Below are positions 10,641 to 21,812 of a stretch of DNA of 64,000 nt, one piece after another. How positions within the stretch are numbered: the stretch's first letter is position 1; each line of letters starts with the position of its first letter. Origin of the DNA: Flavobacteriaceae bacterium (GTDB taxonomy: Bacteria; Bacteroidota; Bacteroidia; Flavobacteriales; Flavobacteriaceae); contig JAHEET010000001.1 of NCBI GenBank assembly GCA_024640565.1, positions 308,882-372,881 on the forward strand. The letters run 5' to 3'. Under the pieces are notes generated by a model that saw nothing but the letters and a program-made list of their open reading frames with translations, was not told the origin of the DNA and made no database searches. Position numbers and translations under genes: made by a program.

Positions 10641-10780
10641 AATTAAAAATTGGCTATAAATTAGAGATATTAATTAAAATAAATGGGAGCTGCAAGTGAT
10701 ATTATTAATTCAAACCCGCTCCGCAAAGTCTACCGACTTTACGGCACATAAAAACCTAAGACACACCAAAAAGCTAAAAA

Positions 10781-10808
10781 AAAAAGAGAAGCGGATGCTT
10801 CTCTTTTT
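10781..10808. terminator. Bidirectional intrinsic terminator downstream of guaB
   Basis: AAAAAGAGAAGC-GGAT-GCTTCTCTTTTT. Confidence 0.85.
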
Positions 10809-10829
10809 ACTATAAAAACTCGTTTATTT

Positions 10830-12305
10830 TTATCTTCTGCTATAGTTTGGTGCTTCTTTGGTAATGGCAACATCATGTGGATGGCTTTCATTAATACCGC
10901 TGGCAGTAATTCTTACAAACTTTCCACTTTCTTGCAAAGTAGCAATGTCTTTCGCACCACAGTAACCCATTCCAGCACGTAATCCACCTATGAACTGGTG
11001 AATGCTTTCGTCCAAATTTCCTTTGTAAGGAACCCTTCCTACGATGCCTTCTGGTACTAATTTTTTAATATCAGCTTCAACATCTTGGAAATAACGGTCC
11101 TTAGAACCTTGCTTCATGGCTTCAACAGAGCCCATTCCACGATAGGATTTAAATTTTCTTCCCTCATAAATGATTGTTTCTCCAGGAGACTCTTTGGTAC
11201 CTGCCAAAAGAGATCCCAACATTACAGAATCTGCACCGGCAGCAATGGCTTTGGGAATATCCCCTGTATAACGAATCCCTCCATCGGCAATAACTGGAAC
11301 GCCAGTTCCTTTAATGGCAGCAGCCACTTCTAAAACGGCAGAAAATTGTGGAAAACCAACTCCTGCTACTACTCTCGTAGTACAAATAGATCCCGGTCCA
11401 ATACCAACTTTAACAGCATCGGCGCCTGCTTCTACTAAATATTTGGCAGCTTCGGCAGTAGCAATATTTCCAACCACCACATCCAAATTCGGAAACTTCG
11501 CTTTCACCGCTTTTAAAACCATGACCACGCCTTTGGTATGTCCATGGGCTGTATCTATGATCACAGCATCTACACCGGATTTTACCAAAGCTTCAGCTCT
11601 ATCAACCGCATCTGCGGTAACCCCCAATGCCGCAGCCACTCGCAAACGCCCAAATGCATCTTTATTGGCAATTGGTTTTTGAGTCACTTTTGTAATGTCT
11701 CTAAAGGTAATAAGCCCTTTTAGAATGTACTGATCATCTACAATCAGTAATTTTTCAATCTTATTTTTTTGAAGAATTTTTTCAGCATCTTTTAAAGAAG
11801 TACCTTCAGATGCAGTAATCAAGTTTTCCGTTGTCATTACTTCAACAATCGGTCTTTGATCGTCGTGCTCGAAACGCAAATCTCTGTTGGTTACAATTCC
11901 TTGTAAAGTGCCATTTTCATCAACAATCGGGATTCCCCCAATTCGGTGTTCTTTCATGTATGCTTTTGCGTCAAAAACAGTGGCCGATAAAGGCAAGGTA
12001 ACAGGATCTAAAATCATGCCCGATTCGGCACGCTTTACACGTCTAACCTCTTCCGCTTGTTGTGCAATGGTCATGTTTTTGTGCAAAACTCCAATCCCCC
12101 CTTCTCTTGCAATCGCAATAGCCATCGCGGCTTCTGTAACCGTATCCATGGCTGCAGAAACTATAGGAACATTAATGGTAATGTTTCTCGTAAATTTTGT
12201 TTGAATAATTACCTCTCTAGGAAGTACATCTGAAAAGGCGGGTACTAATAAGACGTCGTCATATGTGAGTCCTTCGCCTACTATTTTATCGTTGTGTGCT
12301 GTCAT
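10830..12305 (-). CDS. guaB: IMP dehydrogenase
   Basis: [14 protein letters not shown] pair, catalytic [17 protein letters not shown]. Confidence 0.97.
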   Translation of the reverse strand: MTAHNDKIVGEGLTYDDVLLVPAFSDVLPREVIIQTKFTRNITINVPIVSAAMDTVTEAAMAIAIAREGGIGVLHKNMTIAQQAEEVRRVKRAESGMILDPVTLPLSATVFDAKAYMKEHRIGGIPIVDENGTLQGIVTNRDLRFEHDDQRPIVEVMTTENLITASEGTSLKDAEKILQKNKIEKLLIVDDQYILKGLITFRDITKVTQKPIANKDAFGRLRVAAALGVTADAVDRAEALVKSGVDAVIIDTAHGHTKGVVMVLKAVKAKFPNLDVVVGNIATAEAAKYLVEAGADAVKVGIGPGSICTTRVVAGVGFPQFSAVLEVAAAIKGTGVPVIADGGIRYTGDIPKAIAAGADSVMLGSLLAGTKESPGETIIYEGRKFKSYRGMGSVEAMKQGSKDRYFQDVEADIKKLVPEGIVGRVPYKGNLDESIHQFIGGLRAGMGYCGAKDIATLQESGKFVRITASGINESHPHDVAITKEAPNYSRR

Positions 12306-12503
12306 GTTGCAATTAAAGTATAATTGCAAGCAAATTTACAACTATTTATTGGGTTTTTACTAATAATTAGACCTAAGGTTTGCCCAAAGATTTTTTTAGA
12401 GCTGAACGCGCGTTGAAATTCCTTTTTTCTTGTAATTTTTACATATTTGAACAACTATTATTAATTTAATATACTGATTAGTAATGTTTTAAAAATATTA
12501 TTC

Positions 12504-12586
12504 TTATTTATTCTAAATAAGCTTTGAAAAACTAAATTGGTACCCTATCTTTGCACCCGAAAAAGCTATTTATAATTGATCTAAAT
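12504..12586 (+). promoter_or_regulatory. Promoter (TTTG 12523-26, 19-nt spacer, TATCTTTG 12546-53) with two AT-rich palindromic Fur-like boxes
   Basis: TTATTTA-TTC-TAAATAA at 12504-20 and ATTTATAAT-T-GATCTAAAT at 12568-86, upstream of an FecA-like receptor. Confidence 0.55.
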
Positions 12587-12589
12587 AAA

Positions 12590-14827
12590 ATGAGATTCAA
12601 AATTACCTTCTTTACCCTCTTAATTACCAGCATATTAACAGGGCAACAAAAAGAAGAGAATAAAGAAATTGGGCAATTAGACAGCATCCAAAAATTGGAC
12701 GAAATCATAATCTCTACCACGCAAATTTTTGGAAACAAATACGTAGCAAAACACAGAACTGGATCCGCATATTATCTATCTCCTAAAGAGTTACAAAAAT
12801 TTAGTTTTACCGATATCAACAAAGCATTAAGAACTGTGCCTGGGGTTTCTTTGTATGAAGAAGATGGTTTTGGATTGCGTCCAAACATTAGTTTACGAGG
12901 AACTTCTCCTGAAAGAAGTTCAAAAATCACAGTAATGGAAGACGGGGTTTTAATAGCTCCAGCTCCCTATAGTGCTTCTTCTGCCTATTACTTCCCTACC
13001 ATTGCAAGAATGGAAGCAGTAGAAGTTTTAAAAGGAAGTAGCCAAGTGCAATACGGACCTTTTACTACCGGAGGTGCCATTAATATGATTTCTTCGCAAA
13101 TTCCTACAGATTTTTCGGGTAGTGTACGAGCATCTTATGGAAGTTTTAATTCAAATCAGTTGCATGCAAAAGTGGGTGGGAATCATAAAAACATAGGGTA
13201 CTTTATTGAATATCTTAATTACGGATCGGAAGGTTTTAAAACCTTAGAAAGTGGTAAAAATACTGGATTCAACAAAAACGATGTGGTTGCCAAACTGCGT
13301 GTTCAACTATTTCCAAATCAAACAGTAAAGCAATCTTTGGCTTTTAAATTTCAATATGCCGATGAAAAAGGAAATGAAACTTATTTAGGACTCACAGAGG
13401 AAGATTTTAAGGCGAATCCTTTTTCGAGATATGCTGCTTCTAATAATGATGAAATGACTACAGATCATACCCAATACATGCTAACGCATCATTTGGGTTT
13501 TTCTAAAAACTTTACAGTAACCACTACCTTCTATCAAAATAATTTTGCAAGAAATTGGTACAAACTAAACGACATTACATTTGAAGGTAACCAGCAAAAA
13601 ATATCGAAAATATTAGATGATCCTACCAACTATTCAGATCATTTTAGCATTGTAAACGGAACGGTAAATTCATCAGCTGATGCCATTGCAGTGAAGGCAA
13701 ATAACCGATCATACTATGCCCAAGGAATGCAAACAAAACTCGATTACCACTGGTATACAGAAAATTTATTTCACGATTTAGAGCTGGGTTTCAGATATCA
13801 TTATGATGAAGAAGATCGTTTTCAATGGGTCGACAAATACAACATCTCCAACACTGGAGTTTTAACTGAAACTACGGCAGGTGTTCCTGGAACCGATGCT
13901 AACAGAATTAGCAGTGCAAAAGCTTTTGCGTCTTACATTACCTACAAATTAAAATACCAAAACTGGACTTTTACACCAGGGGTTCGGTATGAAGACATTT
14001 TATTGGAAAGAAAAGACTTTGGTAAGAATGACATTACACGCGCTGGCAGTGATTTAAATGAACGACAAAACAGTGTAGCAGTTTTTATTCCTGGAATGGG
14101 AGCCAATTATAAGTTTAACAATGATTTATCTCTTTTTGGAGGAATCCATAAAGGGTTTTCGCCCCCCGGAAACAAAGAAGATGAAAAGGCGGAAGAAAGT
14201 ATCAATTATGAATTGGGAACCCGTTTTAGCCTCGGGAAATTGAAAGGAGAATTTGTTGGTTTTTATAACGATTACTCCAATTTATTGGGAAGTGATATTG
14301 CAGCTACTGGTGGAACTGGTTCGCTAGATCAATTCAATGCAGGAGCTGTAAAAGTAAACGGAATAGAACTCTTATTAAACTACAACATAACCACGGAAGC
14401 TGCGCGATTTTCATTCCCAATGTCATTGGGCTATACGTACACCAATACTAAATTTTTAAACAGTTTTGGAAGTACTGATAGCTTGTGGGGAACAGTGACG
14501 CTTGGTGATGAATTGCCATACATTCCAAAACACCAACTAAACGCTGCATTGTCTCTAGAACATGCAAAATTTGAAATCAACGTAAATGCACGATACAATG
14601 GTGCGTTTAGAACTTTAGCGGGCTCGGGCACCATTCCTACAAATGAAAAAGTAGCCTCAAATTTCATCATAGACATGTCAAGTAAATACAGGATAACTCC
14701 CCAATTTCAATTGACAGCCAACTTAACAAATTTACTTAATAATACCTATGCTGTTTCTAGAGTACCTGCTGGTTTAAGGCCTGGACATCCTTTTGGAATT
14801 TACGCTGGATTCCAATACCAATTCTAG
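12590..14827 (+). CDS. TonB-dependent outer-membrane receptor, FecA-like (iron)
   Basis: Signal peptide, plug motif NISLRG...SKITVMEDG...EVLKGS, terminal aromatic YQF. Confidence 0.88.
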   Translation: MRFKITFFTLLITSILTGQQKEENKEIGQLDSIQKLDEIIISTTQIFGNKYVAKHRTGSAYYLSPKELQKFSFTDINKALRTVPGVSLYEEDGFGLRPNISLRGTSPERSSKITVMEDGVLIAPAPYSASSAYYFPTIARMEAVEVLKGSSQVQYGPFTTGGAINMISSQIPTDFSGSVRASYGSFNSNQLHAKVGGNHKNIGYFIEYLNYGSEGFKTLESGKNTGFNKNDVVAKLRVQLFPNQTVKQSLAFKFQYADEKGNETYLGLTEEDFKANPFSRYAASNNDEMTTDHTQYMLTHHLGFSKNFTVTTTFYQNNFARNWYKLNDITFEGNQQKISKILDDPTNYSDHFSIVNGTVNSSADAIAVKANNRSYYAQGMQTKLDYHWYTENLFHDLELGFRYHYDEEDRFQWVDKYNISNTGVLTETTAGVPGTDANRISSAKAFASYITYKLKYQNWTFTPGVRYEDILLERKDFGKNDITRAGSDLNERQNSVAVFIPGMGANYKFNNDLSLFGGIHKGFSPPGNKEDEKAEESINYELGTRFSLGKLKGEFVGFYNDYSNLLGSDIAATGGTGSLDQFNAGAVKVNGIELLLNYNITTEAARFSFPMSLGYTYTNTKFLNSFGSTDSLWGTVTLGDELPYIPKHQLNAALSLEHAKFEINVNARYNGAFRTLAGSGTIPTNEKVASNFIIDMSSKYRITPQFQLTANLTNLLNNTYAVSRVPAGLRPGHPFGIYAGFQYQF

Positions 14828-14872
14828 GACTTATAAAAATATACGGAAAATGAAAAAGTTGAAAAAAGTGTG

Positions 14873-16399
14873 CTAGTTGAGAACACTTTTTTCTGTTTCG
14901 GATATTAAATAGGAAACCACCGCTTTTCGAATATCTGAACCGAGTGCTGATGGTTTTGGGTGATATACCGAAAGAACATTGTTGTTTTTCTCTGATAAAA
15001 AAGGAATATCAAAACCTTTTAATAAGTATTCGGAGAAAGCAACATCATAGGTTTTAGTAAGGTCTAAGGGCTTATTTTTTATGTACCAATTTGACCCTAC
15101 TTTTTCAGCCTGAAAACGTTGCAAGTAAGCGCCAGTACCGGCTGCCAAAATCCCATAATCTAAAACGCGTTTCAATAGGTTTCCGCTTATTTTCACTTTC
15201 AAAATAGCCCCTCCATAAGGCAATACCCTAAAAATATCTACAGGAGTGATCGCCCCTTCCAATGCATCGTCAATTCGGATAGACCCACCATTAACAAGTG
15301 CACAATCTACCTGGTTTTCAAAGGCAAAAGACATAGACTGTGTAATAATTTTTCCCAAATTGGTTTGTACACTGCGAATGGGAGTATCTCTTCCATCTAA
15401 TGGTGTTTTGGCCGTATAAATAACCGTCGCTGGATTTGAAACAATTTCTTTGATTTTTGTTTTCAATACTTGCTGCCATTGCGCTACGATGGCGCCTACT
15501 TTTTCATCCGTTTTTATGTTTGAGTTTATGGCTTTTAATTCTGAACGAATACGCGCTTTTTTTGTTTTTTTATTAAAGGAAACACGGTGTATGTAGGCAG
15601 TTTTCGCGTTCGCATCTGCTTTTGCTATAAGGGTATTTTCCACCAAAACAGAGCGACTGGTATGCTCATGCCCACCCATAATTAATGGAATCTCTGGAAG
15701 CAACTTTGCAATTTTTTTGTCTTGTGCAATTTTAACATGTGTCAGACCAAAAACAACATCTGTAACATCTTTGAGTTCGTCATAGGCTGCCTTTGCTTGT
15801 GCATACATATCTTCATATACTACATAATCTTTTGGATTTGAAGGAATGCAAACACTGATAAAACCAATCTTTATTTTGGTACCATCAGCATCTGAAAATT
15901 CTTTGATAAAAGAGGGAGTTAATGGTATTTTTTTGCCGTTTATTTCTTTATGAAAAAAAGTTGAACCAGTTTTCGTTTTTTCTTTTACATTGGCAGTAAT
16001 CCATGGGAAATTACTTTCATTTAAACGTTTTTGCAAATCTTTTTGAGGCACATCAAACTCGTGATTCCCAAAGGCTACCAAATCAAAATTCATGGCATTC
16101 ATTACCGAAACCATCTGTTTTCCACGAAGGCGTTCGCCATCTACTTTTAAGGTTCCTAATAAGGAAGGGTTTAAAAAATCACCTGCCATAACGAGCAGGG
16201 TATTTTTATTTTCTTTCAATAATTCTTGGTGAACAGTTTCTACGCGTGCCATGCCTCCATAGGCACCCGCTTGAATTGGAGCAATTTCATAAACATCATT
16301 CAATTGTAAAAAGGTGAAATCTATTTTCTGATCGTCTGTTGAACAAGAACCAACAATGAACAGGGATAGAAAAAATACACTGATTTTAATAAATTTCAT
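14873..16399 (-). CDS. Bifunctional metallophosphatase / 5'-nucleotidase lipoprotein
   Basis: Lipobox VGSC; LQLNDVYE, AGDFL, FGNHEFD, GGHEH, NGGSIR motifs. Confidence 0.9.
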   Translation of the reverse strand: MKFIKISVFFLSLFIVGSCSTDDQKIDFTFLQLNDVYEIAPIQAGAYGGMARVETVHQELLKENKNTLLVMAGDFLNPSLLGTLKVDGERLRGKQMVSVMNAMNFDLVAFGNHEFDVPQKDLQKRLNESNFPWITANVKEKTKTGSTFFHKEINGKKIPLTPSFIKEFSDADGTKIKIGFISVCIPSNPKDYVVYEDMYAQAKAAYDELKDVTDVVFGLTHVKIAQDKKIAKLLPEIPLIMGGHEHTSRSVLVENTLIAKADANAKTAYIHRVSFNKKTKKARIRSELKAINSNIKTDEKVGAIVAQWQQVLKTKIKEIVSNPATVIYTAKTPLDGRDTPIRSVQTNLGKIITQSMSFAFENQVDCALVNGGSIRIDDALEGAITPVDIFRVLPYGGAILKVKISGNLLKRVLDYGILAAGTGAYLQRFQAEKVGSNWYIKNKPLDLTKTYDVAFSEYLLKGFDIPFLSEKNNNVLSVYHPKPSALGSDIRKAVVSYLISETEKSVLN

Positions 16400-16456
16400 A
16401 GTATGACTATTTTTTTAAAGTTTTTAAATCCTTTTACGTCCTTTAAAGTTTCTACA

Positions 16457-17320
16457 TTACAAGACCTCAAAAACTTCCAGCGCTTTGTTAAATGCGCTTT
16501 CAAAACTCATGGGCTTCAGATTGGTTGTCACTTTTTGAGCCGTAAAATAAGAGAACAATTTTTCTGTGGGCATGTTGCCAGTCAAATCATCTTTTGCCAT
16601 TGGGCAACCACCAAATCCTTTAATAGCACCATCAAAACGTTTGCAGCCTGCTTTGTATGCAGCATCTACTTTTTCGAACCATTTGTCTGGTGTGGTATGC
16701 AAGTGTGCCCCAAACTCAATGGTCGGATACGCAGGAATTAAATGTGTAAAAAGGTGACGAATCACCTCGGGCGTTGAACTCCCAACGGTATCAGATAAAG
16801 ATAGAATTTTCACCCCCATTTGAGACATTTTTTCTGTCCATTCCGCTACAATATCTACACTCCAAGGATCCCCATAAGGATTGCCAAAACCCATTGACAA
16901 ATAAACGACAACTTCTTTGTTTGTCTTGGAAGCAATGTTTAAAATTTTATCTAGCGCCAAAACAGATGCTGCAATTGTTTTGTGCGTATTCCGCATTTGA
17001 AAGTTTTCTGAAATGGAAAATGGGTAACCTAAATAATCAATTTCATCAAATTGTGAAGCATCGTTGGCGCCTCTTATATTGGCAATTATTGCCAAGAGCT
17101 TACTGGTTGTCTTAGACAAATCTAATTTTGATAATACTGCAGCCGTATCTCGCATTTGAGGAATTGCTTTTGGCGAGACAAAACTCCCAAAATCAAGGGT
17201 ATCAAATCCAACTTTCAAAAGCGAATTGAGATACAATGCCTTTTTATCGGTAGGGATAAAATGAGACTTTATGCCTTGCATGGCATCTCTTGGACATTCT
17301 ATGATTTTGACTTCATTCAT
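16457..17320 (-). CDS. Hydroxymethylglutaryl-CoA lyase
   Basis: IECPRDAMQG, SLSDTVG, HLHT, GGCPMA. Confidence 0.92.
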   Translation of the reverse strand: MNEVKIIECPRDAMQGIKSHFIPTDKKALYLNSLLKVGFDTLDFGSFVSPKAIPQMRDTAAVLSKLDLSKTTSKLLAIIANIRGANDASQFDEIDYLGYPFSISENFQMRNTHKTIAASVLALDKILNIASKTNKEVVVYLSMGFGNPYGDPWSVDIVAEWTEKMSQMGVKILSLSDTVGSSTPEVIRHLFTHLIPAYPTIEFGAHLHTTPDKWFEKVDAAYKAGCKRFDGAIKGFGGCPMAKDDLTGNMPTEKLFSYFTAQKVTTNLKPMSFESAFNKALEVFEVL

Positions 17321-17376
17321 CTGTATCAAAGATAGACAAACAATTGAATATCAAAAAGAATAATACCAATGGAAAG

Positions 17377-17991
17377 TTAAAGGATAATAAAGATGGAAAT
17401 GACCACAAAAACAACAATTTGCCCCCATTTCAAATACCATCCAATGTTTTTTCTTTTAGAAATAGCTGCTGAAATTTCACCTCCCAAGAGGGCAATCATT
17501 CCAAAAACAAAGAATGAGACAAGAACAAAAAGCAGGCCTAGAATATAAAATTGAACGAGATGGGAAAGTTGTTGTGAAAATAAAAATTGAGGGAAAAAAG
17601 CCAAGAAAAAAATTGTTACTTTCGGATTCAATACATTCATTAGAAATCCTTTTTTAAACAGTTTTATCGTTTTGTTGGGGAGAACCTGTTCGGTAGAAAA
17701 AATAATTTTTGCATCACTTTTATAGACCTGATAAGCTACGTATAAAAGATAGCTGGCTCCAAAGATTTTGATGGCCATAAAAAACAAGGGGTGCTGACTG
17801 AGAATGGCAGACACACCAAATGCAACAAATGTGGTATGCACTAAACAGCCAGTCATTAAACCAAATACAGTTGCAAGGCCATATTTTTTACCGTTTGCAA
17901 TACTCTGTGTCAGGACAAAAATATTATCGGGCCCCGGGGAAATTGCCAAAATTGCTGTTGCAAGAATAAAAGCACTAAGAGTTTCTAACAT
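17377..17991 (-). CDS. LysE/RhtB family amino-acid exporter
   Basis: ISPGPDN, NVLNPKV, hydrophobic profile. Confidence 0.9.
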   Translation of the reverse strand: MLETLSAFILATAILAISPGPDNIFVLTQSIANGKKYGLATVFGLMTGCLVHTTFVAFGVSAILSQHPLFFMAIKIFGASYLLYVAYQVYKSDAKIIFSTEQVLPNKTIKLFKKGFLMNVLNPKVTIFFLAFFPQFLFSQQLSHLVQFYILGLLFVLVSFFVFGMIALLGGEISAAISKRKNIGWYLKWGQIVVFVVISIFIIL

Positions 17992-18056
17992 TTTATTAAA
18001 AGTGAATATTGGCAGTTTCGGGATTCCATCATTTTCATTGTGAAAGAAATGATCTC

Positions 18057-19091
18057 TTACTCGTTTGCCAAGATTTTCTTATTGATTTTTTTAATCAATC
18101 CTGGACCTTCATAAATGAATCCTGTATAAATTTGAACCAAGTCGGCACCGGCATTTATTTTTTCGATGGCATCTGTTGCCGAGTGAATTCCCCCTACTCC
18201 AATAATTGGAAAGGATTTGTTTGATTTGTCGGACAAATACTGGATTACTTTGGTGCTTTGATCTTTAATCGGTTGTCCGCTCACGCCTCCATTGCCTATC
18301 ATTGCTAACTGTTCTTTTGGAGTCTTTAAATTGGCTCTTGTGGTAGATGTATTGGAAGCAATAACACCATCGATTTTTGTTTCTGCGACCAATTCGATGA
18401 TTTCATCCAATTGTTGGTTGTTTAAATCGGGTGCTATTTTTAATAAAATTGGCTTTTGAGTTGCCTGTGCATTGTTTAATTTCTGACATTCTGTAATTAG
18501 CGATACTAAATAGGTTTTATCGTTAAGCTTTGCATGACTACCAACGTTTGGGCAACTCACATTTAATACGAAATAATCTACATAAGGATGCAAACCTTCG
18601 AAACAAATTTTATAATCTTGGGTATAGTTTTCGGGAGCAGTTTGTGTGTTTTTTCCAATATTACCTCCGATTATTAATTTTCCCTGATTCTTTTTTAATT
18701 GTGCAATAGCGGTTGCAAGGCCTTCGTTGTTAAAGCCCATTCGATTAATAATTCCCTGATCAGTTTTTAGTCGAAATAAGCGTTTTTTGGGATTCCCCGC
18801 TTGTCCCTCTGGAGTGACCGTGCCAATTTCTATAAATCCAAAACCAAAGTTTGCCAATTCGTTATATAGTACCGCATTTTTATCAAAACCAGCTGCCAAA
18901 CCTACAGGGTTTTTAAACGTGATTCCAAATAAAGTACGTTCTAATTTTTTATCGTTTACTTGATACAGTCCTCTAAAAATTGCAGCAACGAAAGGGATTT
19001 TACAAAAGATTCTAATAAGTGAAAATGTGAAATAATGCACTTTTTCGGGATCGAATAAAAATAAAATGGGTCTTAGTAGTAGTTTGTACAT
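18057..19091 (-). CDS. pyrD: Quinone-dependent dihydroorotate dehydrogenase
   Basis: [32 protein letters not shown]. Confidence 0.96.
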   Translation of the reverse strand: MYKLLLRPILFLFDPEKVHYFTFSLIRIFCKIPFVAAIFRGLYQVNDKKLERTLFGITFKNPVGLAAGFDKNAVLYNELANFGFGFIEIGTVTPEGQAGNPKKRLFRLKTDQGIINRMGFNNEGLATAIAQLKKNQGKLIIGGNIGKNTQTAPENYTQDYKICFEGLHPYVDYFVLNVSCPNVGSHAKLNDKTYLVSLITECQKLNNAQATQKPILLKIAPDLNNQQLDEIIELVAETKIDGVIASNTSTTRANLKTPKEQLAMIGNGGVSGQPIKDQSTKVIQYLSDKSNKSFPIIGVGGIHSATDAIEKINAGADLVQIYTGFIYEGPGLIKKINKKILANE

Positions 19092-19172
19092 AGATCTTTT
19101 TTGAGTCTGTGTTATAAATTCTGTTGATTTTGAAAATATAAAAAAAGCCCCATTACAAATGGAGCTTTTAAA

Positions 19173-21599
19173 TTATCTTAAAACAGCTTCTAAATTCTTT
19201 TCAAATGTTTGCTGTAATTTTTGCATTATTTTATCTATCTGCTTGTCTTCTAGTGTCTTTGTTTCGTCTTGCAATAAGAAACTAACAGCATAGGATTTTT
19301 TTCCTTCTGGTAATTTATCTCCTTCATAAACGTCAAACAGATCAACTTCTTTCAATAAGTTTTTCTCTGACTGAAAAGCCAAATTATAAATCTGTTTAAA
19401 TTCGATTTTGCTATCTAATAAGAGGGCTAAATCTCTTTTTACTGCTGGGAATTTTGTTAAATCGGAAACTTTTATATTTTTATTTCCAGATATTTTAAGA
19501 ATCGTATCCCAATTAAAATCAGCAAATAAGACTTCTTGTTTGATCCCGAATTCTTTTAATAGGGTCGATTTTACAACACCAAATTCCACGAGTTTCATTT
19601 TTCCTAAACTTAAGGTGATGCCTTCAGAGAATACATCTTGTTTGCTTGGCGTTGTTTTTAAAGTATCAATCCCTAGCCGATTTAAAACAGCGATAACCAC
19701 TCCTTTTGCATAGAAAAAATCAGCTGTTTTGGAGGGTAAATTCCAACTATCTTTCCCTCTTTTCCCAGTTATAAACAAGGTCAAATGCTTGTCTTCTTGA
19801 TAGGCATCACTGTATTTATGATAGGTTTTACCAAACTCATAGAACTTTAATGCGTTGTTTTTTCGATTGATATTGTAAGCGACAGATTCTAATCCACTAA
19901 ATAACAAAGATTGGCGCAGGACCTTCAAATCATTACTCAACGGATTGAGCATGGCAACACTAGCAGCTTCGTTGATATTCGCTGAGTAGGAAGCATACAA
20001 AGGTTTTGTTAGCGAATTTGCCATCGTTTCATTAAATCCTAGCGAAGATAATTGATTGGCAACCACATTTTCAATTTTCGTTTCTTTGTTTGAATCGAAA
20101 GAAATGGAAGTATTTAATTTGTATGAAAATTCTATATTATTATATCCATACACTCTTAATATTTCTTCAATAATATCGGCTTCCCTTTGCACATCGGTTC
20201 TATAAGAAGGGATGGTTAAACCCAAACCACCTTCAGTTTCACTATTGATTTTAATTTCTAAGGAAGCTAATATGTTTTTGATCGTTTCTTTGTGGATTTG
20301 TTGCCCAATCAAACGATAGGCATTTTCATAGGATAAGAATACTTGAAAGTCTTCGATTTTTTCTGGAAAAAAATCAGAAATATCGGATGCCATTTTACCG
20401 CCTGCATATTCTTCTATTAACAATGCGGCTCTTTTCAGGGCATATTTAGTCATGTTAATATCTATACCACGTTCAAAACGAAAAGAAGCATCGGTGTTTA
20501 ATGCGTGTCTTTTTGCTGTCTTTCGAACAGAAACTGGATTAAAATAAGCACTTTCTAAGAAAATAGAAGTGGTATATTCTGAAACTCCAGAGTTCAATCC
20601 TCCAAAAACTCCTGCAATACAGAGCGGGTTGGAATCTTCATCACAAATCATGATGTCTTCGGATGACAAGGTTCTTTCTTGACCATCAAGTGTGGTAAAT
20701 GGCGTGCCTTGTGCTAATGTTTTTACAAGAATTTTATTTCCTTTTATTTTTTGTGCATCAAAAGCATGCAAAGGTTGTCCGAGTTCGTGCAATACATAAT
20801 TTGTAATGTCTACAATATTATTTTTGGGCGTAATACCAATCGATTTTAATCTGTTTTGAATCCATTCTGGAGATGCTTTTACGGTAACATCTGTAATGCT
20901 AATTCCACAGTACCTGGGAGCTTCCTCTCGATCCGCTACCTCAACATCAATTCGTAAGGTTCTTTCATCTACATGAAAATCACTCACAGAAGGTGAAATT
21001 AATTCTAGATTGATGTCTTGATGCATAAGACCGGCTTTTAAATCTCTGGCAACTCCAAAATGACTCATTGCATCAGACCTGTTGGGAGTTAATCCAATTT
21101 CAAAAACCGAATCAACTTCAATATTAAAGACGCTTGCTGCAGGGGTTCCTGTTTTGATAGCTGCATCTAAAACAAGAATTCCATCATGTCCAGTACCCAG
21201 ACCCAACTCATCTTCAGCACAAATCATACCGTGACTTTCTTCACCTCTAATTTTGCCTTTTTTTATTTTAAAGCTTTCGCCTTTGTCATCATACAATAGG
21301 GTTCCAATGGTAGCTACGGGAACTTTTTGACCTGCTGCTACATTGGGAGCACCGCATACAATTTGTACTGGATCTCCATTTCCTAGATCTACGGTAGTAA
21401 CTTTTAATCGGTCTGCATTAGGGTGTTGAATGCAAGTTAAAACTTCACCAACAACAATTCCTTTCAAGCTTCCTTTGATAGATTCTTTCGTTTCAATCCC
21501 TTCCACTTCCAATCCTAAATCGGTTAACAATTCTCCAGTTTTGGTGGCATCCCAATCTGTTTGTAGAAATTGTTTGATCCAATTGTATGATATTTTCAT
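19173..21599 (-). CDS. pheT: Phenylalanine--tRNA ligase beta subunit
   Basis: MKISYNW, HPNADRL, IVCGAPN, LTPNRSD, RFERG, FPAVKRDL. Confidence 0.97.
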   Translation of the reverse strand: MKISYNWIKQFLQTDWDATKTGELLTDLGLEVEGIETKESIKGSLKGIVVGEVLTCIQHPNADRLKVTTVDLGNGDPVQIVCGAPNVAAGQKVPVATIGTLLYDDKGESFKIKKGKIRGEESHGMICAEDELGLGTGHDGILVLDAAIKTGTPAASVFNIEVDSVFEIGLTPNRSDAMSHFGVARDLKAGLMHQDINLELISPSVSDFHVDERTLRIDVEVADREEAPRYCGISITDVTVKASPEWIQNRLKSIGITPKNNIVDITNYVLHELGQPLHAFDAQKIKGNKILVKTLAQGTPFTTLDGQERTLSSEDIMICDEDSNPLCIAGVFGGLNSGVSEYTTSIFLESAYFNPVSVRKTAKRHALNTDASFRFERGIDINMTKYALKRAALLIEEYAGGKMASDISDFFPEKIEDFQVFLSYENAYRLIGQQIHKETIKNILASLEIKINSETEGGLGLTIPSYRTDVQREADIIEEILRVYGYNNIEFSYKLNTSISFDSNKETKIENVVANQLSSLGFNETMANSLTKPLYASYSANINEAASVAMLNPLSNDLKVLRQSLLFSGLESVAYNINRKNNALKFYEFGKTYHKYSDAYQEDKHLTLFITGKRGKDSWNLPSKTADFFYAKGVVIAVLNRLGIDTLKTTPSKQDVFSEGITLSLGKMKLVEFGVVKSTLLKEFGIKQEVLFADFNWDTILKISGNKNIKVSDLTKFPAVKRDLALLLDSKIEFKQIYNLAFQSEKNLLKEVDLFDVYEGDKLPEGKKSYAVSFLLQDETKTLEDKQIDKIMQKLQQTFEKNLEAVLR

Positions 21600-21812
21600 A
21601 ATTTTTCTGCTATTAACTCACGCAAATTTACTGATTTTCTCCTTTTCATAGCGGGTTTTTCTTTTTTTAAATACAGCTACTTATTCACAAGAAGTAAACA
21701 GTTTATTTTTATTTTTATGTATTAAAATCGTCTTCGAAAACACCTCAAAAAAAGCTTATAAACAGTTTTTTTGAAACGAATTCTTACCAGGTATTTTGAA
21801 GGTGTTTTTTTT

